Assembly (NCBI GenBank): GCA_028534125.1
Contig: CM052817.1
Span: forward strand, 19,842,001 to 19,906,000
Source: Lama glama
Lineage: Eukaryota
DNA length: 64,000 nt
Direction: 5' to 3'
Shown here: positions 51,585 through 64,000 of the stretch, piece after piece
How positions within the stretch are numbered: the first letter of the stretch is position 1
Layout: every line of letters starts with the position of its first letter
Program-made: the position numbers and the translations under genes
Notes under the pieces: model-generated
What the model saw: only the letters and a program-made list of their open reading frames with translations
What the model was told of the DNA's origin: nothing
The model's database searches: none

Positions 51585-52140
51585 AGCTCTTGGGACACAA
51601 ATAGAACTGCCTTGTTTCTATTTTGAATGGATGAGTTGTATTAACTCACTTGTTCATTTTGACCTCCTCCTACAATGCCTTTTTGTACTGCAGAGCTTAT
51701 AAAACTAAAAGCCAAATTTTATGATTCCCTTACAACTAGAAGAAGTCTGAGTGTAATTTTGACATAACTGTGTAAATCTTGATTTGGAAATGAATCAAAT
51801 GGGTGAGAAACAGGGCACGAGTCATTCATAGTACAGGTGTTCAGCAGAGCAGTGTTGCCAGAAGCTGTGATTATGGATTCCCACTTTGCAGATTATTATT
51901 CTAGATCGTTATTCTGGAACCAACCACTATACTAGCGTTTCCCCTCTCCATAAGTAACATCTTGACATTATGGGTACAATGAGCTCCCTTGGGGTGCATT
52001 TCTGAGACGACCTTCTAGAAATCTTTTCTGAGGGTCCTGTATAGAGTCTGTCTGTTTAGACTAAATGAATCTGTAAGTCGATTTTAATGCAATGTTTAAC
52101 CTAGTTATATTTTGCAAACAAGCCCTAACTAATCAACTAC
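51585..52140 (+). mobile_element. Old ERVL LTR (LTR33-like)
   Basis: 'aatgcctttttgtactgcagagcttataaaactaaaagccaaattttatgattcccttacaactag' and a 3' end 'ttttgcaaacaagccctaactaat'. Confidence 0.45.
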
Positions 52141-52209
52141 GATAGACTTCTAGAAGACACACACACACACAAAAAATGGGAAACATGAAATCCCTAGACA
52201 AATATGCTT

Positions 52210-52295
52210 CAACTGGGAGCTTGTTAGAAATGCAGACTCTCAGATGCAACTCAAGACCTACTAAATCAGAATCTGAATTTTAACAAGTTCCCTAT
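52210..52295 (+). mobile_element. MER5A hAT-Charlie fragment
   Basis: 'ctgggagcttgttagaaatgcagactctcag...acctactaaatcagaatctgaattttaacaag'. Confidence 0.85.
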
Positions 52296-52329
52296 TTATT
52301 TTCAACTATTTTTCTTTCTATCAGAGAAA

Positions 52330-54010
52330 GAGATAAAATAAAGTAGCAAAACAAACAAATTTAGTCGTAACTGTTAAGAAGGCAATACAAGGAGATGATG
52401 TTATCACAGAGTGAGGGAAAAGGGTGGTGCTGCTTAATATATTTTGTCAGGATAAGGCTCTCAGAGGCTCTAACATTTGGACTGAGATTGGTATGGTCTC
52501 AAGAGTCCAGGCATGAGAAGATCTGGAGAATATCTCAGACAGATCTGTCAGCTGCAAAGATTTTGAAATGGGAATGGTTTGATGTGTTCAGAAAATAGGA
52601 ATGCTATTATGATTTGAATATGGTAAGTGAAGAGAAAATGAAAAGATCAGAGCGTAACTAAGCATGAACCTGATATGCATCTCCATCTCTGACATTAAAA
52701 GGATACATTGACTAATACTAGCTTCAATTGGAAAAACTATTAGTGGATTTTAATCAAACAAATAATACGATATGATTTAACTTCTAAAAGGGCAAAATAG
52801 GAAGAATAATTTATAGGCTTGAATAACTGGAAGCAGGGAGTCTATTTAATAGATAGGCAAGAGATGAAAGAAGCTCAGACAACAGCAGTGACAGTCGAGA
52901 TGGTGAAGAACTGGAAACATTCATCATTTTGTACATTATTTTAACAAGACTTTGTAATAGATTGGATGTGAGCAGTAAGGGAAAGAGATAGTCAAGCATG
53001 ACTCTGGGGTTTGTGGTTTAGCCAACTGGTAGTATGATTCTGATATTCCTGAGATGAAGAAGGCAGGAATAAGAAAGATTTAGTTGTAGGGTTATTAAGA
53101 AGTCTGTTTTTGCATATGCAAAGTTTAAGATGTCAGACTTACAAATGAAAATGGTAAATAGCAAGCTTGCAATGAGACTCAAGTTTAGGAAGAAAAGTCA
53201 GAGCTATAGCTGAAACTTGATGATCAATCTGCATTGATGTTATAGTCAAAGCCAGAAACATGGATGAAACTCCCCAGTTTAAAAAATGATATACATGTAT
53301 AGAGACAAAAGAAAGTATTCAGAATAAATCATTTGGGTTTCTCTTGCATCCACAGAATAAATGAAAAAGAGACAAAAGCATTGGATGCTAAATGGATAAA
53401 TTAGTAAAGTAGGAGGAAAAGAAGAATTAGATGGTGTTTTACTTAAGAGATAAGGAGCTTGATCAACACTGTCAAGGGCTGATAAAATTTCAGATAGAAG
53501 CAGTTACTCTTACTTTTGGCATAATGGAGACCACTGATGCTGTTATCAAGAACAGTCTGATGAACTGATAGGAATGGAAGCCACAGCAATTTGGGAAGAA
53601 GGAAATGCAAGCAGCAAGTCCAGGCAAATATGCTGCAATATGTTTTACTAAGAATAGGACCAGAGGATTTGGGCAGTAATTGAAGCAGAATATAGGCTTG
53701 AAGTTTAAGGCTTTATTTAGTTTTTTGTTTGATTGATTGTTTTGTCTTGTTTTATCTAATGGAAGGTAGTAACTTATGCTTGCATGCTGGCAGAATATTA
53801 TTGCAATAAAAGCAATACATACATTAACTGCAGAGCAAAGTCCCTGCCTGACATGTTACAAGTGATGGGATCTGACAACAAAGAAGAGGATTTTTTTTTA
53901 ATACAGCAAAGCCTTCTTATGTTTCTTTGGTAATATGAAGGAACATAGAGAATGTGAATATAGACAGAAGTAGGTTTTTAGACATGGTGGTAGAAAGATA
54001 AGAGATTTTT
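52330..54010 (-). mobile_element. LINE-2 fragment
   Basis: 'tagattggatgtgagcagtaagggaaagagatagtcaagcatgactctggggtttgtggtttagccaactgg' and a purine-rich L2-like body. Confidence 0.75.
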
Positions 54011-54317
54011 TATTTTTTCAACTGACTGACAAGGAGAGATAAATGCCAGGAGTTGTTGGATGACCATGTAGTCTTGCAGTTACTGTGGTAACTGTGGCAA
54101 CTGAGGCAAACCAAAAGGTGAAGCATGATGGATTTAGTTCTGTTAGTCTTTTCAAGGAAGATGGCCAAGGAGTTCAAGCTAGAATATTTACCTTAAAGTT
54201 ACTGGACACGTAGACAACATTCTTTTTGCCAAACGATGGTACAGTGCACATGAGTTTAAAAAAGTCTTATTTAAATCTATATGTAGCCAAATGACTGAAT
54301 TCTGGCAAATGAGAATG

Positions 54318-55050
54318 CAGTAGCTTCTGGTATTAACTACCTGGATTCATGCCAGTCTTTACAGGTAAAGGGCATAGTCCTCACAAGGCTGTCTTCACCT
54401 TACTTCATACTCCAGACACAGTCCCGAGGGTCCTCACTCTGATTAAGGACTGCAAATTCAGGAGTTCTTACTAACACTCAGGTTCAATAACTTGCTAAAT
54501 AACACACAGAACTCAGCAATGTACTTATGGTTAGATTTATTGTAACAAAGAATACAAATTAGAACCAGCCAAAGGGAGAGATGCATAGAATGTGGTCTGG
54601 GAAGGTCCAAAATGTAAAACTTCCTTGTCCCCAAAATGTATTATAGTCTTTTGACACATCGATGTGTGACAGTATGCAGAGTATTATCAACCAGAGAAGA
54701 TGACTCAAGCTCACTGTCCTGAGTTTTTGTTAGGGTTTCATTACACAGGCATGTTTGATTGAATCATTGTTTATATGATTGAATTCAATCTCTAGTCCTC
54801 TGTTCTTCCTGGAGGTCAGGCTGATATCACATGGCTCGAAGCTCCAACTCTCTAACCACGTATTTATCCTTTCTGTTACGGACAGCTGCCATTCTGAGTC
54901 ATCTTCTTAGCATAAACTGTCAGGTTTGGTCCCAGAGACCCAGGATGACCAACAAGTACACTTCTATCACTAGGGAAATTCCAGGAATTTAGAGGTTACT
55001 TCCCAGGAACCAGGGACAAAGGTCAGCTAAATTCTTGATTCTAACAATTT
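54318..55050 (-). mobile_element. ERVL LTR (MER21-like)
   Basis: 'ttaactacctggattcatgccagtctttacaggtaaagggc...gagtttttgttagggtttcattacacaggcatgtttgattgaatcattg...cccaggaaccagggacaaagg'. Confidence 0.75.
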
Positions 55051-55099
55051 AGTAGTTATACTTTCAGGAACCAAGAATGAAGACTTGTCTGATTATCTA

Positions 55100-55730
55100 T
55101 TAAACAGAGATGTAATTAAAATGTTGTGCAGGTCCTCACTGAAATAGATTTAAAAGGAGTTGATTCTACCGTGAAGGAAACACATTTGAGCTTCTAGCAT
55201 GTGTGGTTCTTCTGGCTTTCACCTAGAATATTATGTCCAGACCTCTAGCTTGGGTCATGAATTGACCTTGGGGATGAAAGCTACCTTCTAGAAAAGAGCT
55301 TGGCGTAATTATGGCCATGAGCTAAATTCAGCCCATGACTTGTTTGTGTCTGTACACTTTTATTGGAGTACGGTCACACCTATTTTAGTAGGTATTGTCT
55401 GAGGCTACTTTCACGCTACAATGGCAAAGTTACTTTTTATGACAGAAGCAAAGTTGTGATAGACAAGGTGTGGCCTTCAAAGTCTACAGTATTTCCTGCC
55501 TGGCCCCTTAAGAAAAAAATTGTCTGTCCTTGATCTAAAATGACAGAAGAGAAAAGAGAATGAGTTGACGTTCCTGGCAATTGTGGAGCATCTGTCCCAG
55601 GCCTGGACCTCAAGGCTCCTTTCACATGGATAAGAAACACACTTTCCACTTGTTCAAGCCACTGTTAGCCTTCTTTTTTATTGTATTCATTGTTTTTAAT
55701 TGATAATTGCAGCCAAATCTAATCCTTAGT
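55100..55730 (+). mobile_element. Old MLT1(J/K/L)-like LTR, interrupted by MER58A
   Basis: 'gaccttggggatgaaagctaccttcta' before the MITE; 'ttcacatggataagaaacacactttccacttgttcaagccactgtt...gcagccaaatctaatcct' after it. Confidence 0.6.
55295..55533 (-). mobile_element. MER58A-like hAT MITE
   Basis: 'ttggcgtaattatggccatgagctaaattcagccc...ttttattggagtacggtcacacc...ggctactttcacgctacaatggcaaagtt...ctggccccttaagaaaaaaattg'. Confidence 0.8.
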
Positions 55731-58700
55731 GGTAAGTCTGGTATTTAGTACGGAGTTGATATTTAGTATTTAAAAAGCTCTTTATATTAAAAACTAATAT
55801 ATTCAAATATTTACCATGTTGACATTTTGTCATTTGTCATTTATTTTACTTTTAGAGGTTTCAGAACTTTTTTGGTAGCTTATGTCAAAATCTCATTTTG
55901 TTAGCACTCATTAGAAAAGTGCTAATTAGAAGGAAAAAATAGTTAAGAGCAAGAATTTTAAGACAACTATTAATATCTCTCCTCTTCCTCTAACATGATT
56001 TTCTTGATTTTCTATGAGCCAGTATTTGCTGTGATCCAAAAGTATTCTGAGAACGTAGTCGGTACTGTAAATATCCCACAGCAAGATATAAATTCGACTA
56101 ATTACCATATGTCAAGTTTTCAAACTCCTCCCTCAGAAACAAGTTATCAATTTATTTTTCTGTGCTTAATGCCAGAGATAAAATTTCTTATAAAAATACT
56201 ATGACTTCGTTTAATAGAATATTCAGAATGTTGACTATGTTTTCTAACATTTTATCTAAAGTGTTATTAACATCTGGGAGGGATCTTCCTAGATGTTGAA
56301 CAAATGCTACATTAAGTTTTAGTGTTATTAAATCTTACAGTAGATCAAATAGCATCCCAATCTACATCAGGCAAATGCCGTGGTTACTAGAATTTACAGT
56401 AGTATCTCAGCATAGCTCCATAATTACACATTTATTTAACCAATTAAGCATGAAAGTGGCATTATTGTCAGAGATATGATATATGACCTGAACATAATTT
56501 GGTTAATGAGGAACAAGAAATGCCTGCTAAGTAGGGCAGGTATTCTGTTAGCAGAAGACTGCTAATTACCCTTGACATATGTCAGATTGAATGGTTTTAT
56601 GTAAAAAATGCTGAGTGAAGAAATTATGTTGAAAGTAGTCCCCTTCTTTTTATTTATAAAATGTTTTTAAACATTTAGCTTTAGGAAGTTGAAAAAAAAA
56701 GTTTGCTATAGTAGTTTCAGATACTGTGCAAATTTTCCTGTGTGCTCAGTCAATGATAAATAACTGCTGCCATTTCAAGTTTTTGTCTTGTCAAGTTCAA
56801 GTTATGAACTTCCAGAGGAAAAAAAAATCTTTACTCCCAATTTCTAATTATCTAGACTCCGAAAAGTATCCACCCACAGAATCCCTTGTCTTAAGTTGGA
56901 TCCAAGTCTTATCTCCTAAAATCCCTTTAACTCCCTCACCTCTTTCTCCTTCTTTATAAATAAGAAACACAATCAACATTTTACCTGAAGATGAGAAAAA
57001 TGTTGAAGGTAACAGATTGTTGAGCGCCTGTTGTAGGATTTCAGTGACGTTTTTTGTCGCTGATTGACAAAGAATTAATGGAAACATAAGCAATACAGGG
57101 GATATGGGTAGGATTTTCAAAAGGAATTTCTGCTAGGAAATACAAAATACCAGGTAAACATGGCGATTATGAAATATAGGATACTTATCTTGATGGAAAA
57201 TACAAAAAAATCTGATGATTCAGCCTGTGGACCGTGAGATAATTCAGTATGATTTCTAAGCCTAGATTTGTGGCTCTAATAAACCTGCATTAAAACATAT
57301 GAAAATGGTCCATGTGAAATACTAATTATAACTCTTATCTTTTGCTCTAATTATTTTTTCATATGTAATTTTTCAATATGGTAGTTTTTAAAATGCTATG
57401 TTAAGGACAGAGTATAGTGTAGAGATTATAGTATCATACAGTTCTTATACCTGCTAGATTTATCATATTGGTCAGTTTAAACGCTTCTCTGAAACTCACT
57501 AGATGGTAATGAAATTATCTATATTGATATCGATCCCATAAATTTATCACACAGAAATGGTACTTAAGATTTATGTATAATAGTCCTGTCCTTATTCCTA
57601 CTTCATACCTTCTTCCCATTATCACTCAAAAAGACAGTGTTTTCTCTTAAAAATATATTATATTCAATGTATGGAAAATATGCAGTGGGCTACATGGGAA
57701 TGAACAGAATATGCCAGACTCATAATTAGTTTAGAATTTAGTTAAAAGCAGTAATTTTGACAAAATAACATATTATTTTAATTTGTCCTGATTTACACAT
57801 TCAATTTTGGTTAGGTTGGTTAGTATACAGAAATGATTCTTAAGTATTTGAAAAGTGTTAAACATAATTTAAATTTAAATATAACTTAAGTATAAAAATT
57901 GTCAAATACCTTGCCTTTATGTTTGGTTATTATAATTAGTATCCCCAATGGTAAAAATGACTGGACATAATCCAAACACATTCTTCTATATTTCTTTAAA
58001 ATAGGGGTAGGTAAATATGACCAAAGAAATTCAAAAATATTTTTGTTGCCAGTTTTCTTATTTCATATAAGTTGGAAATATCAAAGTAAAAATATTTAAT
58101 ACTTTCTATATAACACATAATGCAATTCCATATTGGTGTTTGAAGTTACTATTGTATACTAAAACTTCAAATCATTTATAATTAAGTTATATTTTATGAA
58201 AAAATATAGTGTGCTTATCTAAGTAACAAAGGCATCAACTCTGATTTCGTAAATAAAAAACTCTTCCCAGTATTCCTTTTCTTGTGATAAATTAAGAAAA
58301 TTGTGTTCTGATCTCTTTCTATATGTTATTTCCCAACCATATTTTATTGAAAATCTGACTCATATCTTGGCACTGTAAGTTGGTTCTAGCTTGTTTGAAA
58401 ACAAGTTCACAAGTTTCAAGTTTTGTCTGACTTTTATAACGAGTCAAAGTTACGTGAATTTAAGCTATCTTTGCAGTCTGGCCCCACTCAAACTATTGAT
58501 ATTTATTCATACCACTTTTCAGCCAGAATTTTCAGTTCTAGGAACTCTGACACTCAGCACAAAGATCGTGGATTTTGATCATTCCAACTTCCAATCTCAT
58601 GCTCACATTTTACGTTTGCTTAGAATTCCCTCCACACTAATTTAAAATCACACTAATTTTTCAAAATCTTTTTCTCATTCCTGCTGCAATCATTTGTGGC

Positions 58701-59779
58701 TACTCTACTGGATATTTAATTTTTTAATATTCTATAGAAATTAAAATCTGCCCTCATGATATTCAGCAATGAATTATTTAAGCTTATATCAGCTTCTGTA
58801 TTTGCTTTGTAATAAATTCAGATTTATCTCCTAAATAGTTTGTGGTCTCTGGGAGGGGAGAGCAGTCTATTATTTATTTTCTTCTATCTCCCACAGTTAT
58901 AGTTTTAAAAAGTGTGGCAGATCTTTATGAATTATATTATTAATTAACCTCCAGGTACTTCCTGTGTGACTATATACTTAGCAGTACTCAACACTGGTGC
59001 CTGCTGGACACCTTGACTATGAAGGCTTAATGACTGACAGCCATTATTATTGTCATTATAATTTCCTCTTTCCTGCTCTTATTTTTTAAAACCTGCATTT
59101 CTCAGTTTCCCATTGAAATAGTACCAATTCTATACAAGGTGGATTTTCTAGGTCTCTCTCCTACCTTTTACATGTTTATGTGTCCTGGGATTAGTTCTCT
59201 TCTCATCTCTCTCTACATCCCCCCTCCTCACTTTCATGAAATTCTTGATGGAAAGAGAGATTGGTATGATTATACACTGGATGAGATAGAGGGGGCATGA
59301 AGAAGTTATTATTTTAAATTATCTTTTACTTTTTAAATGGGAGAAATGTAGAGATTTCCTAAAGGAAAGGATATGAAAGAATCTAAATGTAGACGTTTCA
59401 AAAAGATGAAGAAAGATGTGAAATTGCGAGAGATGATTTCAGATGGTCTCGATGTTCTTAATGATGCAAAGGCAAGGCAGTCATCAAAGAAAGGTAAAAA
59501 AAAGGTTGTGTGTCTTGAGAATTTTGAAGATTTTGCATGGACATTGAGCAGAAAGAAAGGTATCTGACTTTAGACAAAAGTAAGAATTAACTGGCAGTGG
59601 CTGGAGTCTTTGCTGAAGTTTTGAACTTAAGCACTTTCAAATGAATCTCTCCTTATGAAAGTCTAGGTTGTTTCTTAATTCATACTTCTCTGTAAAGTTT
59701 GACAGCTGATCTTTCCCTGAGCTGTGTCCCCAGGATAACAGCAAAATGGACAGTTAAGAAATTCCCCATCTTTCTGTGT

Positions 59780-60340
59780 TCCAAAGAAGCATCCTTGCCC
59801 TCAAAGAACAACTGAACCAGACAGAGTTAATTAGACAAGGAAGACTTTTTTCAAGACTATTGCAACAGAGGAGAGAGATTAAACACACTTTATTGAAATA
59901 AAAGGTGGGAGAGACTTTAGGAGCTGGGTGAGCTGGTGGAAAATTACTGGAGGATATTAGGGAGAAGTTGGTCAATGTGGTTAAACCTTCTGTGTCTGCT
60001 AATTAGTGCTAGTCTAAGTTAGGTTTCTACCCTAACATCAAGATCCAGAGATAGGGACCTCTTTGAAATTGATTACATTTGATTTGAATGAAATGAATTT
60101 GGTTACATTTCAAAAGGAGGCTTTCAGGTCCTTGAGAAAGACATTCCTGGGAAGATTCTTTTTTCTGGCAAAACACTGGCAAGAGTCTGGGAGAAGATTT
60201 ACATTTCAAAGGGGCAAAGAAATAGTTTTAAATTGCAAGTTTTTTAAAGTAAATGCTCTAATGAAGGGAAAATAGGACCTGTAATCAAGGAGAAAGCTGT
60301 CTAAAGTGTAATCAAGCTAAGGAGAATAAGGCTGTCATAG
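59780..60340 (-). mobile_element. ERV1-type LTR (MER34/MER39-like)
   Basis: 'caaggaagactttttcaagactattgcaacag...ggaggctttcaggtccttgagaaagacattcctggg...ttgcaagttttttaaagtaaatgctcta'. Confidence 0.65.
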
Positions 60341-62769
60341 TGACCCTGTGTATTCTGCATATTCTGAGATAAATCTATCTCTTTTTTTCTTCAGTGACTC
60401 ATGTAAGAAGCTTCTTTCTTTCCCATACCTGTCATAAGAATTCAGGATGACTTCCTTCTGTATCTGACTCTGTAAAACCCAAAGGCCCTTTTGTTTTCCT
60501 TTGGAACTTTCCTCATTAATGAATGTTTTCCCTAAAAATAAATTTCTTTAATTTTCTGGTGCAACTTGTCTTTCACATGGTAATACATCCTACATCATTT
60601 CATATTAAAAAAAAGCTAAGTGAGTTGATGTAAACAAAGCACCTACTATACCTGCAACATAATTCATGTTTAAATACTGAAATATGCAAGTAAAATTATT
60701 GAGTATCTAAGAAAATATGTCCTTTAAACAAGTGTCTAATTCTATGGATAAATGTCATTTAGCCACATATGGGATTATATCTCCCATAACGAGGTGATCA
60801 ATTTAAGTGAAAGCAATTTTCAAATGGATATCAATACAGGGGTAAACATTTCTAGCAAAAAAGCACACATCCATCATATAACCTGCTTTGCTAAACTGTT
60901 CCAGCTCACTTTCTTCAGGCATTATGACAAGTGTTTTGTAAAGGAAGGTCACTCGGGTTCAGGAAGAATCATATTCTGATGACAAGTCAGGCAAATAATG
61001 AAATCAGGGAATAGAATTCTTCATTAACAACTGGAGTTTGGTACATCGAAAGCTAACCAGAAATCTTGACCTGGACGTTAGTTCCATAGGTTCCAAGTTG
61101 TAGGATCTGATGGGTTCTTATACTCTCTTACATAAGAATAGCAGTGCCTATAGATTTTCTAAGTAAATCACTTTTGTGAATTGATTTCACTACCAAAAAA
61201 ATATATCTAACATTACTCATGCTAATTACTGAACCTTCAGTGCAGAGTTGGATGAAATATTTAGGTCCTTTGTTATAACCTTTGGAGTATGGATTCCTGA
61301 TTGGAGTATTTCAAATGCTTACCAAAAACCCTTGAATGTGAATTCTTGATTAAAGTACTTTAAATGTTAACTAACAATTCCTAGACTGTTACTTAACTCT
61401 AACTTGCATAAAAAAGCATTCTATTATTCTCAATAAATTATTGTTAAAGTAAGTAATATTATATTGGACATCATTAGTATTTTATGTTTTGCTTTGTTTT
61501 TCATATTGAATAATACATTTGGACCTAGTTAAATTTTTGAGTTTGTTATTACCATATAAGCTTTTATAGATTTATACAATAAAATTTCTTCAATATTCAT
61601 TTTCTTACAGTTTGAAGAGATGACTTCTAGCAGATGGGCTTAGAACAAAGGATTTTACTTCACTGAATATTTCATAGGTCAGTCTCACTCTATCTCGTCT
61701 TTAGTTTTCATTGTTGATATTTCCATGTTTTCTCCATTGTCTTATCCTATTTTAAGTATATAGGAAAGATCTGAAGACTTGAGATTGAAGTTGATCTAAG
61801 TAAACAAGCTATATTCTGTATAAAAAGAGAAAAAATATGGCAGAGATGTTAAACATGAGTAAATTTAAATTTAGCCTATTTTCATTTTAAATTACACATC
61901 AAATGCCAGAAGAATAGAAATGGGAAGTATATATAAGAATAATCAGCTTTCCTCTGAAAGGCCTAAATGCATTCTTTTTCATGGACTGCCTGAAAGAACT
62001 AAAAAACAACAAAATAAATATTTTTTAAAGTGCTGCATCAGCTCTTAAAACAGACAGTGCTGACATTTTGAGGTGTGAAAGGGAGATTAATTTTGGATAG
62101 AGAGACAGAGGATGCTAAGACAATTTAAATGCTTTCTTGGCAGATGAAAAAAATCTCTACTGTTTCCCATTGCTGTTCTCTATTTGCAACATTATCCACA
62201 CATCTACTAGTTTTCTCAAGGAAAGCAGACAATTGAGAAGGAACATATGAATATATGAGTGATTGAAGTATTATGAGGAGGTTTTTTTAAAGGAAATATT
62301 TGAGGAAAAGATAATTTTCAAAAGCATTAGTGAAATAAAATGACCAGGGAAGAATTATCACACTTTATTTGCTGAAAAGTTCCTTTCAGATTGCTTTATA
62401 TTTACTTTGCTGTATCCTTGAACTGTTTATTTTTCATTTTCTTTAAAAAGTTATTTTGCTAGGTCACTGGCTTAGACAGTCTACCTAGAAAGCAATCATG
62501 ATGGAGTATGTATACTAACAATTTCAAACATGAGTGGGAGTTGGTGAAAATGGACAGGCACAGAGTTTGACTCACCCTTATTATTTTCTCCAGTGGACAA
62601 CTTGATGAACCCTAGAAGTCTCATAATTTTAGGAAGTTTTTCAAGTTGTGTAAATGTCTTTGAGAAGACCTCTTATGACACTGACACATGTACACATGTA
62701 TGTCTGTGTGTATAGCTAAAGAAAGGCCAGTCTGCAATTAGTATACTTACATTCTCTAAAAACTAAGAC

Positions 62770-63260
62770 ATATTTTCCAATATATAGTACTTCCTCTAGG
62801 AACAGTGAAAGTAACTCCACACTTGTGGTTCTTAGGAACAGCATAAGATCCAGGCAAGCTCAACCTGTGTTCCATCACTCTGCTTAGAGCTATCAACTCA
62901 GGAAATGTCAGGTAATACTGGTTGATCCAAAGAGACAGCCCAGGATTTTCCCTGGAACTCTTCAAATTCTAGGTTTGACAAACTGATTAAAGGTGAGTCT
63001 TGCAAATTAACAGCCATTTTGGCACTAAACAGTGAGACAAAACTTGAGAATCAAGCTAAAGCAAAGAAACCAGAAGTGATAGCACAGAAAGAGAAAGTAA
63101 CAGAAAAGCACTGACCCTTGGTGAAGCCATAGCTCCCAGATCCAGCCATACAAAAAAAAAATCTCTTCCTAGAACTTCCATTTATAAAATATTATTTCTC
63201 TTCATTTTCTTACATGTATTTAAAGAACAATGATGTCACTTGAAAATGAAAGATCCAGAT
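62770..63260 (+). mobile_element. Old MLT1(L/M/N)-like LTR
   Basis: 'cagccattttggcac...gctcccagatccagccatac...ctagaacttccatttat'. Confidence 0.5.
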
Positions 63261-64000
63261 CATTGACTTTTTCCCCTACTTTATTGAAATATAATTGACA
63301 AATAAATTGTATGTATTGAATGTAAAAAAAAAAACAGAAAAAGAAAAAGAAAGATCTGGTCTATATGTCAGATAACTGAGCCATGATCTTATACTCAACT
63401 TTACTAACCCAATTCATGTGTCCTTTACCATCCTCAACTTTACCATTTGAGAAGCGCTGTGTTAGCTGCCCTCCTTCATTTGTAGTTTTGTAAAGAACAG
63501 TTCTTAGACTTCTACAATAATACATTTTGCTTAGAATGGAACAGGGTACATTTGACTCTGCTTTTCTATAAAACTCTGAAAGTGTAAAATGTTTTATTTT
63601 TTCCATCTTTGTAATATATATTTTCAGTTTGAAATTCTACTTCTTTTGCTGCATCAACTCCTCATACATCAGTTCTGTTTTCAAAATTAAATCTGTGCTA
63701 TAAATTATAAATACACCAATTGCAGAAAAATGAAGTTAAAAGAGCCAAAACTAACCTTTCAGTTTCTTTTGAGATTATGAGAAATTAATTACTTTTGAAA
63801 AACTTAAACAAAAAATGTATGTTATTATAAATATGAATTTTTTGGGTTGTTGTTACTGTTCTATCTTTTTTTCAGGTCTTTCTACACAGGCATTCAATTT
63901 CAAAATATATTTGCTCTCATGCTTGAAGAAAGTCAACATCATAAAAGATGACAAAGTATTTCCATATCTAAAAAGACTATCTTTTTTTTAATTGTTTTAA

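Noticed and set aside
62577..62715. Minus-strand segment bounded by an acceptor-like site and a GTGAGT donor
   Set aside because: Stops in all three frames and low-complexity content; no independent support.
1..64000. Prokaryote-style systems (CRISPR arrays, operons, defence islands), tRNA/rRNA genes, CpG island
   Set aside because: None seen. The sequence is CpG-depleted, repeat-rich mammalian DNA without regularly spaced repeat-spacer arrays or long true ORFs.

Overview
This is AT-rich mammalian genomic DNA, intergenic or deep intronic, with four assembly gaps (494-993, 17711-18210, 28537-28636, 33657-34156). I could not identify any protein-coding gene, RNA gene, CRISPR array or CpG island. 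The long ORFs in the track are N-gap artefacts, and the short ones are random or repeat-derived. Much of the window is a layered record of transposable elements: degenerate LINE-1s of several ages, L2, a CR1/L3 fossil, a very old non-LTR reverse-transcriptase fossil (RTE/L4-like), many MaLR (MLT1) and ERV LTRs, Tigger3 and hAT-Charlie DNA transposons (MER58, MER3, MER5), MIRs and microsatellites. The youngest L1 3' ends, and the absence of Alu, B1/B2, Bov-tA/Bov-A2, PRE1 or Can-SINE, suggest a camelid-like cetartiodactyl (from recall, not a search). I found no convincing novel biological system. The best leads are two splice-site-bounded candidate micro-exons (7797-7872 +, 56985-57059 -), the old RT fossil, a diverged ~150-bp direct-repeat pair, nested TE insertions and a few candidate enhancers. 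Repeat family names come from recognition by eye and boundaries are approximate.
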